A DNA stretch of 64,000 nt from Balanoglossus misakiensis (taxonomy: Eukaryota; Animalia; Hemichordata): the NCBI GenBank assembly GCA_040954595.2, contig CM082586.2, positions 5,690,509-5,754,508 on the forward strand. The letters run 5' to 3'. Positions 10,301 through 25,300 of the stretch are shown here, piece by piece (the stretch's first letter is position 1; every line of letters begins with the position of its first letter). The position numbers and the translations under genes are program-made. The notes under the pieces are model-generated. The model was given only the letters and a program-made list of their open reading frames with translations, ran no database searches and was not told where the DNA came from.

Positions 10301-13300
10301 GGGCATTTGTTTTCCAGACATATTGGGACGAAAGTCGCTTTATGCAAACATTAAAGTTACTGAAAACGTTCTGCAAGACCTTTTGCTGCCATCGATTATT
10401 ATTTTGCCATTTGCTTTCTCTGGCGACACTCATTTCACCTTTGATATTTGCTGGGTTGTTTATCACGTGTTCTATCTTCTGTTTTTCCGTCGTCAATTTA
10501 ATGGTGTCTTACTGCTGTCAGCTTATTGCCTTCATATATCAGATGTGGATGTATGTCACATATCGTTTCAAAATCTTTTAAAGTGAACGGGTGCTAGTTT
10601 GTATGTGGTTGTTTTATTTTTCACCGCTGACTTAAGTCTAAATTAACATTACTTTTGTTATTACTAAATTTATATTGTTGTCATTTTGAAAATGTAAAAG
10701 ATAACAGTAATTTATTATACAGATATATCCATCAAGAAAAGGATCGAGGTGATTTAGGACCAGGAAATTTATATACAGCTGACTGTTATTTTCACAACTG
10801 CATGTATATTTACACTGAAAGTGTCTGGATGCAGGTCACATGGACTGAATTAATGCACCCCTTTCCACTACTTTGTCATTAAGGACAGCAGTTCGGTGTG
10901 AAGGCTTGCTTGTATATTATAAAATTTGACATACACATGTCAATGCACTACTGCCACAACTTGCATCTCATGATGTGTCATTGTACTTCGCGGCATAGAC
11001 AAAGTGTTCACGGATAACACCATCTCTGGGGAACAGCACCATCACGAGCACAGTACATGTATGTGTGAAGTTGGTTTTGCGAGACTCGACAGCCATACGA
11101 GGTCACGCGACAGCGTCGAACTAGATGCTACTTGACTATGCGTTTGGGGACTTAAGTTATGGCTCAGGAGGTGATGATAACACTTCCTTACCTGAGTTAT
11201 GGTTCATCTTGGGATAAGAAAATGATCTCACTTGGCGAATTTACACCGATTAAACTAATTCTCAAACTGACGCTACGTTAAATTTAAGTATAAACACTTG
11301 AAATGTCTGCAGATAACGTGGTCACTGAGCTTTTTCGTACGTGATCAGCATGCTGTATACAGGTATACCTATGCTATAAATGCACACAGTGTCAAAACTG
11401 TTCCTGAGAATCTCGTGACAAAAACGTTCAGTCTTAGCATACAGATATTCTGGAACATTGAAGAAATGGCCTATATTACGAAATGTTGCGAAATGTTGTG
11501 CAACTTGGTTAATGAAACTATTGTGCTGTGGTAATTAACCAAGAAACAAATCAATGAAACTAGAATTATATTCACAAAAAATATTGAAGTCAACATGCAG
11601 GATAATTTTCATTCAGTTGTAAAACTGACCTCATGTTATTCTTTAAAAAATGTTGGAAAATCAATATGATGGAGTTGAAATTGTAGATGCAATACAACCA
11701 CATCGTAAAGTTTGCCTCTGAGAACATTAGTTTCGCACTTTGCCGAGACAATGTTTGGATTTCGCTGCTGACGTCATGTCGTCCAGACAGCATGGCAGAC
11801 ATAAAATTACTAGTATTAACAGTAGACTTTATTTATCACAGTTTTGATTAGGTGCTTTCTTATCCGCTGTTTTCATAAGCTCTTTTGACCAGAAGCTAAA
11901 CTTGTCACACAAAATTGTAGTCTATATATTCCGATAATTCTGCGAGGCGCACTCCATGTCAGCCGAATTGGAATAAACAGCTGGCCTGCACGCGATATCG
12001 ACCTAAAAGTAAATTACATGTCTGGCAGACTATGAGCGACATCGTGGGATCACCACATACACTTGAAATTCAAGTGTTCTGAACTGTGAGATAAAAATTG
12101 ATCAATGGTGCCCCTTATTAATCGCCTGGGAAAGTTACTAGACCTGAACAAACCTGTCGCCAAAAAGGGAATTGGAATAAAGAATTATGTCAAGCAATGG
12201 TATTAGGATCACACGTACACTGGCCATCATCAAAAGCTTTACTATAAGAAGTATGTACACTTTTATATTTAGCCACTGACAAACGTGATTGACATTTCAG
12301 CTGTTCTAAGAGGATGATGAATGTCGTTTCCAACGTGGACGGGATCAACATATGGACTACTCGGTTTCCTTTCACTAACTGGTGCCTTGTGTCATGGTTG
12401 AAAACGAGACCTGAGCACATATCCATGCTTACACATAAGTTAGTTTGAAATCATCAGGAGAATGACGTATTCTTCGGATTAATTTGGATGACTCATTATA
12501 CCCATTCTTTCACGTTGTCAGTTTCATACCAGTTTCATTGACCAGCGGAAATGCATGGGAAGAATTACACACACGTGCGTGAAAAGATATGCTGTCGTAT
12601 TCAACGTGTGCGTTTCGTCGCGACAACATCTATTAACAGCCTTCTGGCAGTCTTTTCGTGGCAAACACCATTCAGCATTTCTCTGCAATTCAGGTATATT
12701 GGGCGAGACAGGAGGAATGACATCAGGGCGATTCATGCTTATATGATGGCATAAGGCACATGCCCGACTGTTTTGATGCTAAAAAAACAGTTCATTGAAA
12801 CACCCAACGTCTGTGCGGTTATTTCTCGATATCATCTCTTGACTCCGCTCCTTTTCAGAAAATTCTCACAGGACAGAATTGGCTTACTGGCCTTAATTGC
12901 AAATCCAGTCACGTGACCGACTCACCTTATCGTGTACAATACCTCCCCACTCGGAGTGATCCTTATCAGCATACTCTCTTTTGTCGAGGTGCTCATGTGT
13001 ACCTCCGCGCCTTTGGCATTGGTGAAAAATAGGTCCGGTACCCAGATTGTGTTTTTGTGGCTGCCATTGATGATGATAGGATTGGTTGCGTTAAATCTCA
13101 GCCTAGTGTCGTTCCATGTCTGTCTCACATACATGGTGACTGAATAATCCTGAAACAGAAGGGAAGCAATGTCTACTAGATTTGATTGAGATGTTCTACT
13201 TTATCAACATTTCACCAATGTACGATATTTACCTGTGATTTAAAAATAAGCACTGATTAAAATTTTATTCATGATAATTAATTGATTAGTATTTCTATTC

Positions 13301-16300
13301 AAAGGAATTTCATTTGTAGGAATTGGAAACCGATGACTTTTCAAAACGGTATACTATCGATTAATGCATGTATTGAAATTAGTCGGAAAAACAGACAATG
13401 GAAAATGTAGACCACTCTAAATATAATACATGTTTTTTAACATAGCATCGCAATATCAATATCCAGTTATGTCATCTTCACCTTCGTTTACTACAACTGT
13501 AACATTCAAGTGTTGACATCAGTACATTGTATGAAGCAGTGTGGAAGTTTGATAATTAAAAATATATTCTGGTCAGGTGTACAACCTTGCAAAGTCTGAG
13601 TGTCTCGCTAACGAAACCTACAATACTAAAATGGGATTAGTGCGTCAGGTAATGAAAGTAAACATGTAGGGCATTTGTTAATATGAAATTAGATTTTACC
13701 CCTGCTTTTATAACATTGTGAGAGCAAATCGAACTCTTAACGAAATCTATAGCAATTAAGGTTCAGATGAGGTTATAATTCTATGTCTAGCAGGGCCTAT
13801 TTGAAACCACCCACAGATATGTGCAGTTAAACAAGATGTTTGTCGCGCGACCACGCTGCGCAGACATGTTACTTAATTGCCCGTTGCGGGTGGAAATATT
13901 TTACGAGTATTCTACAAAATCAAACAATGAAGGAAGGAGAAAAGAGCACAGCTCGAAAATGTGCCATGGTTTATATTTGCGCCACGTAGAGAGCGAACAG
14001 GTGCAATGCATGCCTGTGTCATTACAGATAGACATTCATACACTGGTCTACCCTACATGCAAAACAACCTGCTTGGTCAATTTGCAATAAATAGAGTCCA
14101 TCTCACTCAGCTAATGCAACACTGGATCTGTATTAACACATGTGGTGTGGCTAGGGTCAGTCTTGTCGGTCATGTTTTTTGTTTTAAAGTACGAATACAC
14201 GAATTAAATTGTAAGGAAATCGTCGAGAGATTTCGGAAATTTAGTCAATTTGATTATCGATGAAGCAAGGGCCTTTGAGTGTGAGAAATAAAGCGTTCCA
14301 CTCGTTGCGATGCTCGTAATTGGTTTAATAGGAACAATAAGGGAAGTCTTTACTGAATTTGTATTATGCTTTTAGTGATAATGGCAGCCTTGGAACCTGG
14401 GACTGGCAAGCGACAAATAGGACATGTTGCTTGTATTCATTCCAACTTGCGATGTGTCAGTCAACAACGGAAATTTACATGTTAATGTAGAAGCGCACAA
14501 TACGTATTTGGTACCGAAATGTGTCTAAAAATAAACACCTACTACTGCACATAGTTTCAGAATGGGTGGCAACATGGCAAAAGGAAAGTTGCACATTAAT
14601 TAATGCATTTTTATCTGAAAATTGCTATAATCGAAGAGGACCTGAAATGATGCGAGTTTGCTTTGTGATAGGCAGAATTTACAAAATAGAAATGCAATCT
14701 GAAGACTGACAAAAAGCAGAGTTTTCTGGAAACATGATACAATTGTCGACAGCTTGAGCATACGCCGCACGTACGTTTCATGTTCGGCTTGGTGAACACG
14801 CCGCCTTGTATTTGCGAAAGAAATGTCGCTTAATCTATCTAAGTTATAAGGGTAAATCCATTTCAAAAATCAGGCAATGGGTGATGGGATCAATCTAAAC
14901 GCAAAACATTACGTGTAAGTCAGTTCACATCTGGCATTTTAGTGATTGGCGGCCTTCAATCAAGGCGAGGATGTGTGCGCAATTTGGAAACACGCTTTGA
15001 ATGGCCGCATTGGTTGAAACCTTTGTATAAACACATTGAAAGAACAGATGTTTTCCTCCACCTTTTGTCTGGGCTACTTAGGCTCAGGGAAATAGCACAG
15101 AATAGGGTGCAGCGACGAACTGAGACGCAATTACCCAAAATAAATTCAGTTCGGAAGAGTTGTGTCAAGTTCACCTAATTTGTCGGCAGTTGTTTCTTCC
15201 TGCTGTTAATGTCTGAGCACACGCGTAATCGGTTATCTTCTTAAGCCAGACATCTTCAAGTTAGCATGCGATGTATCGATTTATTAGAAAGTCAATTAGG
15301 CATATAGGGTAAGGCCGTACATGATTAAGGCGGTATAGGTGCAACAGTATATATTGTGTATAAAACTTGGTGGGGAAATGCTAGGCTATACCGGTACATG
15401 TAGTGAACAGGAACAATTTTGAAACCTGTTATACAGCACCCAGTTCGGAAAAAAAATTGTTCTCCCAGAGACAGAAATATGAAGAAATGAAATACAAGAT
15501 GGTTATTGCATCCGTGTCCGTGATCAATGATCATTGCGACTGTCTATACATTTTGTTTTCTTGGAAATCGACTGACAGTCACTTATCTGATGGGTTTATA
15601 TGGCACCTGGGGCATGCACAAACTCTTGTGTGCAGCAGGCACACCTCTGGGAGAGATTAACAGACATTGATAAAAGTACTCCATATGTCCTTTCATTCAT
15701 AATGCTGTCGTAAATCTTGTACGCATTGATTAATGCGATTTTGAATAAAGTAACCCTCTATTTCTGTTACAGAAATATTAATAATCGAAAGAATTCTGCA
15801 ATAGGTAAACTCGCAGATACTTTAGTGTTTTAAAGCTCAATATTTTAATGTGTTTTGAACAAGTTTAACCAAATTTTGTTTTTATTTTCAAAGCTTTTCA
15901 AGTTACCTGACCATGAACAGACTGGGCACAAATATCCTATCCTTATTGCTATGGACAACATTAACAATGAATCCTAAATTCGCCAATCGACTTCAATTCC
16001 AAGGTTACATGTTAAATATTTCCTTCAAAGTAGACACTGTAGCGTGCCTTCAGCTATTTTGTTTTCGTGCGCCTAATTCGTTTCTTAAACAGTTCACAAC
16101 TAAAAAAGGAAGTCGATAAAGCGAATCCTCTTAAAGAAGCGGAAACACACTTTGCTCGATTGCTTGATGGACATGTGCCAATGAACTACTGCAGCACAGA
16201 AAGTTTAAGTGTTGACCCTAACATTGTGTTGCACTTGTCATGCGCGTCAGACTAGGCAATTAGGCAGTTAAAATTCACGAATTACTAATATTTAACACCA

Positions 16301-19300
16301 GTTTCGCAAGTCACAAATAGCAACCGAGTAAACATTTTTTTATGTGACTAGAACACGGGAAGGAATTTGATTTTTCAGTGTATACACGTATGTTATTGAC
16401 AAACTGCTTTATAACATTGATAACTTACTCATTGCTAGTCTACGAGAAATTCTTTCGATTTAAAATGTTACTAATGTCAATACTTGTCTGGTGAATTCAA
16501 AAGTATGCTTACTAGCTGTTGACGTCACATCATTATCAGCAATGAAAAGGTAATATCCTGCATTAGCAAAAACATATTTTGCATCGCCAACAGTTATTGG
16601 AAAGACAGTTCAGAGGCAAGAAACACGTTAGACTAATATAAAACCGCCTGGCCATTGAAACGAATGTGTGCATAAAGAATATATTTTATTGCTTTCCTGG
16701 CCGTGGTGTGGATGTCAATAGTATAAACATCACCAATATTTCCGTCACGTACACATTTTCTTGGTTGGCAGTGACGACTAATCCAGTAAAAAATATTCCA
16801 AACTTGCAGGAAATTGTATGCACAGAAAAATGTTATCATTATATATACAAAATGTATCAATTCACTACATAATGAAGAAAATAATGCATTTTTTTGTTCA
16901 ACATCACAATTATACATATTTTTTAAATACCTTATCTATAATGTTGCAAGAGAATATCAGCTATTAGAATTTGCAAAGCATTTCATTGATACTACGGGTG
17001 TATTACTTTATTAATATGAATAGGAAAATCATAGTGTACCTTAGAAAACAAGCTTTAATTTTATAATAATTACTGTCTGTTAGTGTTACCACCATTAGAA
17101 ATTGCGAACACTCTAATCATGGGGACATTGTATTGGAAAAGGTTACCGGCTGTCAGACTTACATGTATGAAATAACATAGTCATGCAAATTCATTCTTTC
17201 GATTAGAAGGGAAGCTTTGGTAGCAACAGTATAGTCTATATTTCAGTGTACATAACCATTTCTATCAAAAGCATTCGTAATAAGCATTTTATTAGAAGGC
17301 TTAAGGAATATTATTATTGAAAATTTGACCCTCAAAAGAAAACATGTCGACAACTACTTTCTCGTGTCTATAGAATATGACTATGGTTTCCTCTCGGGGA
17401 CTCATGCTAGAATAGTTTGATTACCCTGCGGGCCCATCCAGAATATTGTCTACTGAATGCAGAATTTGAATATTCTTTAAACCTGCTGTATTGATGTTTT
17501 AAGCAAAGTGGCGCGTTACATTACTACAATTAACATTTCAATAACGAATGTTTGCATCGACCGCAGCGAATGAGCTGTTATGCAAAAGCACATAAAACAC
17601 GTTTGGTTCGGATTGTAAAACGAAATCGAAATTGCGGTTTGGTTTAGTCAGACACCCACGTCGAAAGAATCGGTGTATCCTTGAGAAGTAAAAATAATGC
17701 TCAGGTCGATATCTCAATAGCTTGACGTGCGACGAATTTCTCCCACGTAAACAACCTGCAGAATTTTAACATGCGTGATCGCTTCCGTTGGCATAAAGAC
17801 TAAATACGTGCACCCATTAAAGTTCATTTAGTGTCATATGCCTCGGTTCTTCTGTACTTTTGGGATAAAACTTCTGTCATGATGTAATGAAAATTCGTCT
17901 TGTTTTTTTTTCCGCTTAATTTCAACCACTCTCGATTATGCAAAATCCTTGAAAAAATATTGGAAATCATACCAAAAGATGACCTGACACCTTTTCTGAA
18001 GCTTTCCTTTCGAAGCTATTTCTCCCATGTTCTTCTGTGAAGCACACTGTTTTTCCAGGTAAAAGCAATTCTCACAAAGACGTACTTGGAATATATGCGA
18101 GAGCTCAGACAGGAAAATGACATGCGTTAATCTCAGGTGTGATGCGGACAAAGATATCTGCTTTGTAATATGCAATTTATAGGTTAAATAGCCGCGAGGC
18201 TCGAACCAATTGAGGAATCTTGGAAACGTGAATCATTGCAAATTTCAGTGGGCAATCATGTCTACATCCAATCTCGATAACTGAGTGAATAATAACGATT
18301 GCCCAAGGTGTTTATGCGTCTTATCTGAACGAGTCTTTTACCTAACCATTCTGCAGTTCAAATGTTATGCAAATCCTTCACTTATTGTATAACTATAGCC
18401 GCTGCTAAATTGGCAATTTAAATTGGCAACAAGCCTTTTTAGCAATGATGTCAAAATGAAAAATGTACACCTCATTTAATGGCAAAGCTATCAATGATGT
18501 TATTTTGAGAATGCATCATTTAATGATATGCAATTCTAACACGGAGACAAGAAAGATGATGAGGGTTGGTGTGATATCATTTATTTATTTAAGGATAACC
18601 ACAAATTTAAGATAGAAATGTTTTATTAAATTTGATGGGGACACATAGGAAGGGATTGTCAATGACCACCCAATATGCATATTTCACTGTGATTTCCTAA
18701 TAGGTGGTATTAATATCCTAGAATATTTATGTGACTTTCTTTGACGAAAATACAAATGTAAGACAAAGTTTGCAATTCAGAGAAAATCACGCTGAATATT
18801 CCATCCTTTATATGATATGCCTAGCTGACTCTTTGTTTTTCAATCAATATTTCTGCGCTCAGACAAATGGTATATTGCTTTTATTTATAGAAATGTCCAT
18901 GTCGACAAACATGATCATTTAAAAGACAACTCCCAACTTATATGTGTGGATGCTTGCAGTGAATTTCCAGGCAAGGTTTGACACTAGCCAATGAAGTGAC
19001 AGCTTACATATGGGCAAGGCTTGCTTGCTGTGAATGCTTTTATGGAACACTTTCCTTCATCCCTCTTTCCTTCGCGCCATCTGTGAATAATGTTGTGTCA
19101 CGTTGACACAGCCTAATGTACTGGTAGTAATATTGTATTCTTCTGGGAAAACTAAACTGTGTAAAAAGCAGCTAATGTGGAAAACTCTCAAAAATATTGC
19201 TGTAGTGTTACTAACATGGGAATAATCACTGCGCCAGGGGCTCTGGTGCTCCCATACTTACTCTCTAAAAGGGAACAAACAAGGCTCCTTTAACGGCATT

Positions 19301-22300
19301 GGAAGCACTATCTGCTAGATAACACTTGCAAAAAATGCTTATCTTCACAGGCTAAAACCACTTAATTCCTAAATGACAATGTTGCCATGAATACCCTCTG
19401 AAATTTTGTTTGTTGCCTTCATTTCCGAAACGCGAAACCAATAAAACGTGATCGATTAACTGGAAAATTTCGTCTCGTGTTACAACACAGCGCTCTTACC
19501 TCACTAACCTAATGACCCCCTTACTGCACTCAACTTAAATGTATCACTTCAACTACACATTAAGTCTTACAGTATCTACGTGGCTCAGTCCAGGACCACC
19601 TTTAAATAACATAGGTAATGTCATGAAGAGATACATCTTCCAGAATCGCGATAATTTTCTCTCTCTCCTGGTTGAGTAATGCTGATAAAAAGGCTTACTA
19701 GTATTGTACGTGTTGTGCTATCTGGCAATATGGCTATGGCCAGTAAATACATGAATTCAATCTGTGAGTGCCTATTGCCTTACTGTCGTGGGACACTGAA
19801 AAATCTGTTTGCATTGTCTGAAGTGCTATGGTAAGTGATCACCCGAGACCACTTCACATGCAACACTCAATTGTATACCATCGTTTCAAGCAGGTTTCCC
19901 CATTGCCGTAATTGAAAAACTCGGTTTGTGTATGAGTGCCGTTTTATGATATTAATGTGAACAACTGACCCCATTCATAATGCTTAATACTGTAAGTACA
20001 TTTGTGTACATCAAGAATAAACTAGCAAATATCCCGGAGTTTTCTGCAGTCACGCTAGCTGTAAATCACGAGCAAATGCCCCAGGTAATTTCTAAAAAAA
20101 AACATCATTCCCCCCCCCCCCCCCCATGCAATCAACAGAGAAGGTTGATTCGCGTGCAGGAAACAGGCAAACGTGTTCAAGTCGAATTTGGTGTCGCGCA
20201 CCAATATGGCCTAAAAAGTTAATCAAATAAAACATATGGAAGTTTACAAAGTCGGGGTTTCAAGAAAGGTTCCGACAGAATGTAATTTAAAAAAGGACTA
20301 TATCCCTTGTGGTTATAGAGTCCCTATTAAAATGTCATCTTTGCCTTTCCAGGTTAAGGTCATCATATGCTGTATGTTCTGCTCTATTTATGGTACATAA
20401 CTGTATTCTACATGTGTTTACATGATTACAAATCACGTCTCATTGTAACGAACCGATTTGGTTGTCTGTCTGTCTATTTGTCTGACTATTTTCAATATTT
20501 TTCCATTGTATATCTGTGCTCCCAGGGTTTCCATTGCAAGATGTACTGTGTAAGGACTGATTAATTTACTCTAGAATATCAGTAACGTGGAAACGCATGT
20601 CGGATTCCAACTTCCACTGTAACTGTTTCCCCATATTTTATGTCCTTATTTATTATGTACAATGACTGGTAGCTTACCATACTTGTCTCTGATATTGAGT
20701 CAAAACTGCAAATGTATAAGCCACAATATACAGCAACCGCCTGACCTGAAAATAACAACGAAGATATTTATGCGATTAATAAAAAAAAATATTATTGCAT
20801 TCTCAACTCAAAATGTAACACATCTTAACCATGTGTCGACTTACATTTCAACGAATATCATCCGTCAATAATATATCCTTTAGTAGACGTATCGATGTAA
20901 TGTTCGACAAAGCATGAACTAAATTACACACAGACGATGACTATGCTGTCAATATCGCTTTGAGATACAGGGCTAATACAGAAACATGGATATATCGATA
21001 TGTAAGTGCAGAAAATTATGCTCTGGATATTCTACAGTTCATATTATGTATCTCGTAGCAGTTATTTGACATGACATTTAGTGGATAAAGTTGATGAAAC
21101 ACCATTGATCATGCACAAAGTGTGTAAGGTTGCTAAGGGAAACATACTAGGTTTTTAGTCAAGATATTGCAAGAAAATGTTGATTGTATTGGGAAAAGGA
21201 GAGCGGTACACTTCTTTCTGATAGAGCAAACAAACCTCGTCAATAGTCTATAATTAAAAACTAGGTGACTAACAAAACACACTTAAATATAAACTTGGTG
21301 AATGTCTCAGGATGCACTTCAGTGAATTGAATATGACCACATGCGATATTACAGTGAAACTGGATTTGGGAATGGTTTTAACATTATAAAGCATAGTCAA
21401 ATCTGCCTGACAGCTACATGTACCGGTACATGACAGCTGTTACTTGAACTTTTTTAGCCTGAGAACAAATGTCGACAAGTTATTTGTGGGTGCAAATTTT
21501 GACGTGAAGTTCTCAAACGTGTTGACTGTTTAAGCGAACGGCATGCACTTGCAGCAGCTGAGTACCGTAGTTTCTGCCTAATACAGGAAATCAGAGTGCT
21601 TGTGGCAAAATGTCCTTTGTTAGTTTACTATCTCCTAGGGACTTGGCTATATGTTCTACATTAACCCTTCGGCCTTACTATCCCGTTCGCTGTCATTTTC
21701 GCTTGTAAAGTAACCAAACAAGAAATCTGTGAACCACGGTTCAAATCAGCCGACAATTCCACCCCCAAAATACCTGAAAGGTGTCTAACACATCGTTATC
21801 CTCCTGTAATTTGAAATTATTCCCAACCGCTTGAATTAACTTCCAATCTTGACGTCTCCCCTGGGACATCATTGCGTGTACCGAGTAAAAGAAATTGATC
21901 ATTACTCTCTCGACCCACTTATGCAGTTCATGCAAATTTAATAAGCAAAGCGCACATGGCCAGGCCTCGGGGTGTCAAGAATGAAAAACAAAGCTCAGGG
22001 TATAACTTTTCAGCTCCTTCACAAACGCTAAAGGAGTGATTGATTCATTTCTAAGTCCTTGAAAAGATTTTTTAAAACTAACTGGATAGTTTCACCATGG
22101 GTAATGCTGTGTATAGCCTGAGTAATCCTACAATAATCCATTCAATTCATTTAATTCGGCATCTTCGCTCGACTACAAATAAACATCCTTTATTGCAAGA
22201 AATGCCGCAAGCTCAGCACCATTTCAACTTAATCGGATTTTACCACATAAAAGTTCAGACCAAGCTTCAATCACTTAAACCTGCTTGGCATTATGACGTC

Positions 22301-25300
22301 TACTAAGCTAGTCTGATAAATGGATCTCTCAATCATTCTAACACCAATCTGAGGCTCTTATCGAATATGGTCAGTAGAAGAGCGTTGTCTCCAGGTATTG
22401 CACCCCACTGTGAACAGTATTTTGCTACCGGTAAATTGAAAAGTATCTGGCAAATTTTCCAAAGAAGGCAGTGGGTTTGGCATCCATTGAGATCAAATGT
22501 ATAAAGTCTGTAGTACATGATTTCACATGTCGAGGTATGGATCTGGTGTGAGAACCAAGACTTATTATCTCCAAGATAAATTCAAGACTATGGTCTATAA
22601 TGTACCGGCAAGTTAAAGCACCCAGAGCACAATATAGCCTACGCAGACACTTCTTAACTAACAACTTCTTGCCTGAAATGTGGAATAAACATACACGAAT
22701 CACTGTGAAAGACGCCCTGCGTCGTAATTCACAATGTGAGATCTGCAGAATGTGGTGTTTTTCATCTCGCAGAAATTGAGCTCCCGTGCCAGTAGCTAGT
22801 GAATTTCTTTAAAGAGCAAGTGGGTGCGGTCGCCAGGACAACGAGCGAACTCCAGCAAAGACAACTGCAGAGAGGAGGCAAAATTCGAAAGTGCAAACTC
22901 GAAAGATGTTACTCCAGTAGAAATTGCATAGAATTTGCCGTAGGCGTCAACAGAGCCACGTTTGTCTTCTGGCATGTTTTTTACTTATTCGGCTCACGAA
23001 TCCACTACTTTTTGGAGTATTTATCCCCTGCGAGTCCCACAGTTAAATAGACAGGAAAATACGCCAAAAATTTGCGCTTGGTGATACGTGCGTTAATGTA
23101 ATCTCCCGCAATGATTTTTTTCAGTCAGCTAGACCAATTTGTTATGAAGATTCGTTCAACAACCACATGATCGCCAATTTTACTTGAAATGAATTTCCAA
23201 GATTAAAACTTTCTTCGGCTGGTGGTTTTTAAGTTGCATAGGCGTGTGTGACCAGAGTTATCATCATGTTTTCTTCAGTTCTTTGCCCTTTTCGAGTTCC
23301 GGCTAGTTTTTAGCATGTTGTGAAGATCGGTATGTTCACACACACACACAATACACTTTTTCGATAAAACTTACCATTGGTATTTGGCCGCACTCTTAGC
23401 TTCTCATCGTTGAGAAAATCCGTCAACATTCTGCTAAGATCGGCATTCACCGGCACTGTAACCTCATTGGGGCTATACGTGAGCAATCGCTCTGTGCTGT
23501 TCTCAGGTTCTTCGTCACCTTCGGTCACAATACTGTGGAAAGAAATCGCAATCTCATCAACATATCATCATCAGTTGTGTTTAGATTGTTTTCCTGGTTA
23601 TAAATCAATGAATTATTAATTTATCACTTGGTTATAATTTTGTATCTACCTTAAAGACGCATTTGCTGTCTGTTTTAGAATTTTTCAATAGCAACATAGA
23701 TGTAAAAGTGTGGAGGGGGTGTCTTGCCCAGGTGTGCTTACAGGCAGGTGTTCAATAATTTAAACTCTTGCTCCAGCTACGCCTGAAATTGACTTAATAG
23801 AGGAAACCGAAGAACATCGGAGATAATTTGAAGATATTTTCAGGCAAACAAGAGTGCAAAAACCTCCCAACCCACAGGGCTTACAGTACTTGTGACGTAT
23901 ACGCTAAAAATAAATGTATATTTGAGTTTTAGACGCCACTGGTGACCGAATCCCATTGAAAGTGGAAAATGGATTAACCGAACTGTGTATAAAACGCACG
24001 ATCGCCCTTAGACGTGGACTACTAAGCAAAGGGACATGTTTGCATTATGTAGCGCTGTAACGACCTGTTGTGCAGTGGAATAAACTCTCAAAGTCAGCAG
24101 CGCATAAAACCACGACGCTTCAGAATATCACGTCGTTAACTGCCCAAGTACGTTTATGGACGAGTAGTTTCATTCCACTTGATTTACTGTGCGCCCCAAC
24201 AATGTACATCATTTGTGACAGGGTTTTTGCTTATTATCATGTTGACGGTATGATCTTTCTCTGTTTGTCTCTGTCTTTCTGTCTAGGCCTCTCTCACTCC
24301 CTTATGTGTTTTGCCACTGTGCCTGAGTACAAGCACTCGTTGGCCGCATTGTGAGCATAAATATCTGCGCGTCGCTTGTAAAATAATGAAGAAAAAATGT
24401 TTGATTATACCAAACATTTATTTGATAGGAAAGTCAAAAAGCAACTTTATTATGGACGCCAGCTGCAGTCCGTAAACGTTTAGATTGCCAGACCAGATTA
24501 GCCTCGTCAGTAACTTATATTCACTCAATCACATAAGCATTATCTTGACATCGCATTGTTGGACTGTTTATCTGTTTTTCAAATCAAAAATTCAAATCAC
24601 ACGTTGTGCCATCTGAACTCTACGGTATTGAAAAACGGCCATTTCCCCCCTGGCGGACACAGCTGTTACAGGTCCACCAATGATGGGAACTGATTATTAG
24701 TGGAGAAATCAGTTGTAGACAGAACATTAATTGAATTCGGAGTTCGTACAATAATCATCCGCAGTAATCCTCTGTGCTAGTTTTCTATCTGCTGCAAGTA
24801 ATAAAACTATACCTAGCAGACAAACCCATCTGTTCAGTGGCAGATCGCTTAAAGTTATCTTAGATTTTCCTCGGTAGCTGAGAAATAATTATTGGCGAAT
24901 CCTAAGATATAATTAAGTCCACAAGAGGAGTTGTTAAACCTCTCTAAGATGACTACCCAAAGCCCGTCCGTATTAATATGTTCTCAAATATAGCTTTCAT
25001 AATGATAACAGCTTTGTCATCTTCGCTTCTTGCATTAGTTTCATTATGGCTGCTGTCAGAAGTGTTCGTTCCTTTGCATTTGCTGGCACATGTCTTTGGT
25101 TATAGTTTTATATCAAAATGTGCTAAACTTTCCACCCTAAGGATTCTAAATTCATGCACGCTCTAGACTTTTATAGCCGAACATTAAGTGGATTTACTGA
25201 ATGTGTCCTGTCGTCGTGATACTCATGCTATTTAACTTTTAAAAAGGACTAGTATTAACAGATTGTCAGACAGAATCCATAGAATAAAACATTAGATAAA

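Noticed and set aside
10155-10586. Longest ORFs in intron 4 (143 aa plus strand, 109 aa minus strand) as a nested gene or transposon
   Set aside because: Non-ATG starts, no recognisable motifs, and no supporting splice or terminal-repeat structure. BLASTX would be the decisive test.
11155-11202. Small hairpin (ctcagg...cctgag) flanked by AGTTATGG direct repeats
   Set aside because: The arms are short and overlap the direct repeat; compatible with chance.
16428-16487. Exon-like segment in intron 3 as a mutually exclusive alternative exon 3 (as in GLRA2 or Rdl)
   Set aside because: Wrong length, no similarity to exon 3, and stop codons. A similar donor near 20844 lacks a suitable acceptor. 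No duplicate exon 3 or 6 was found.
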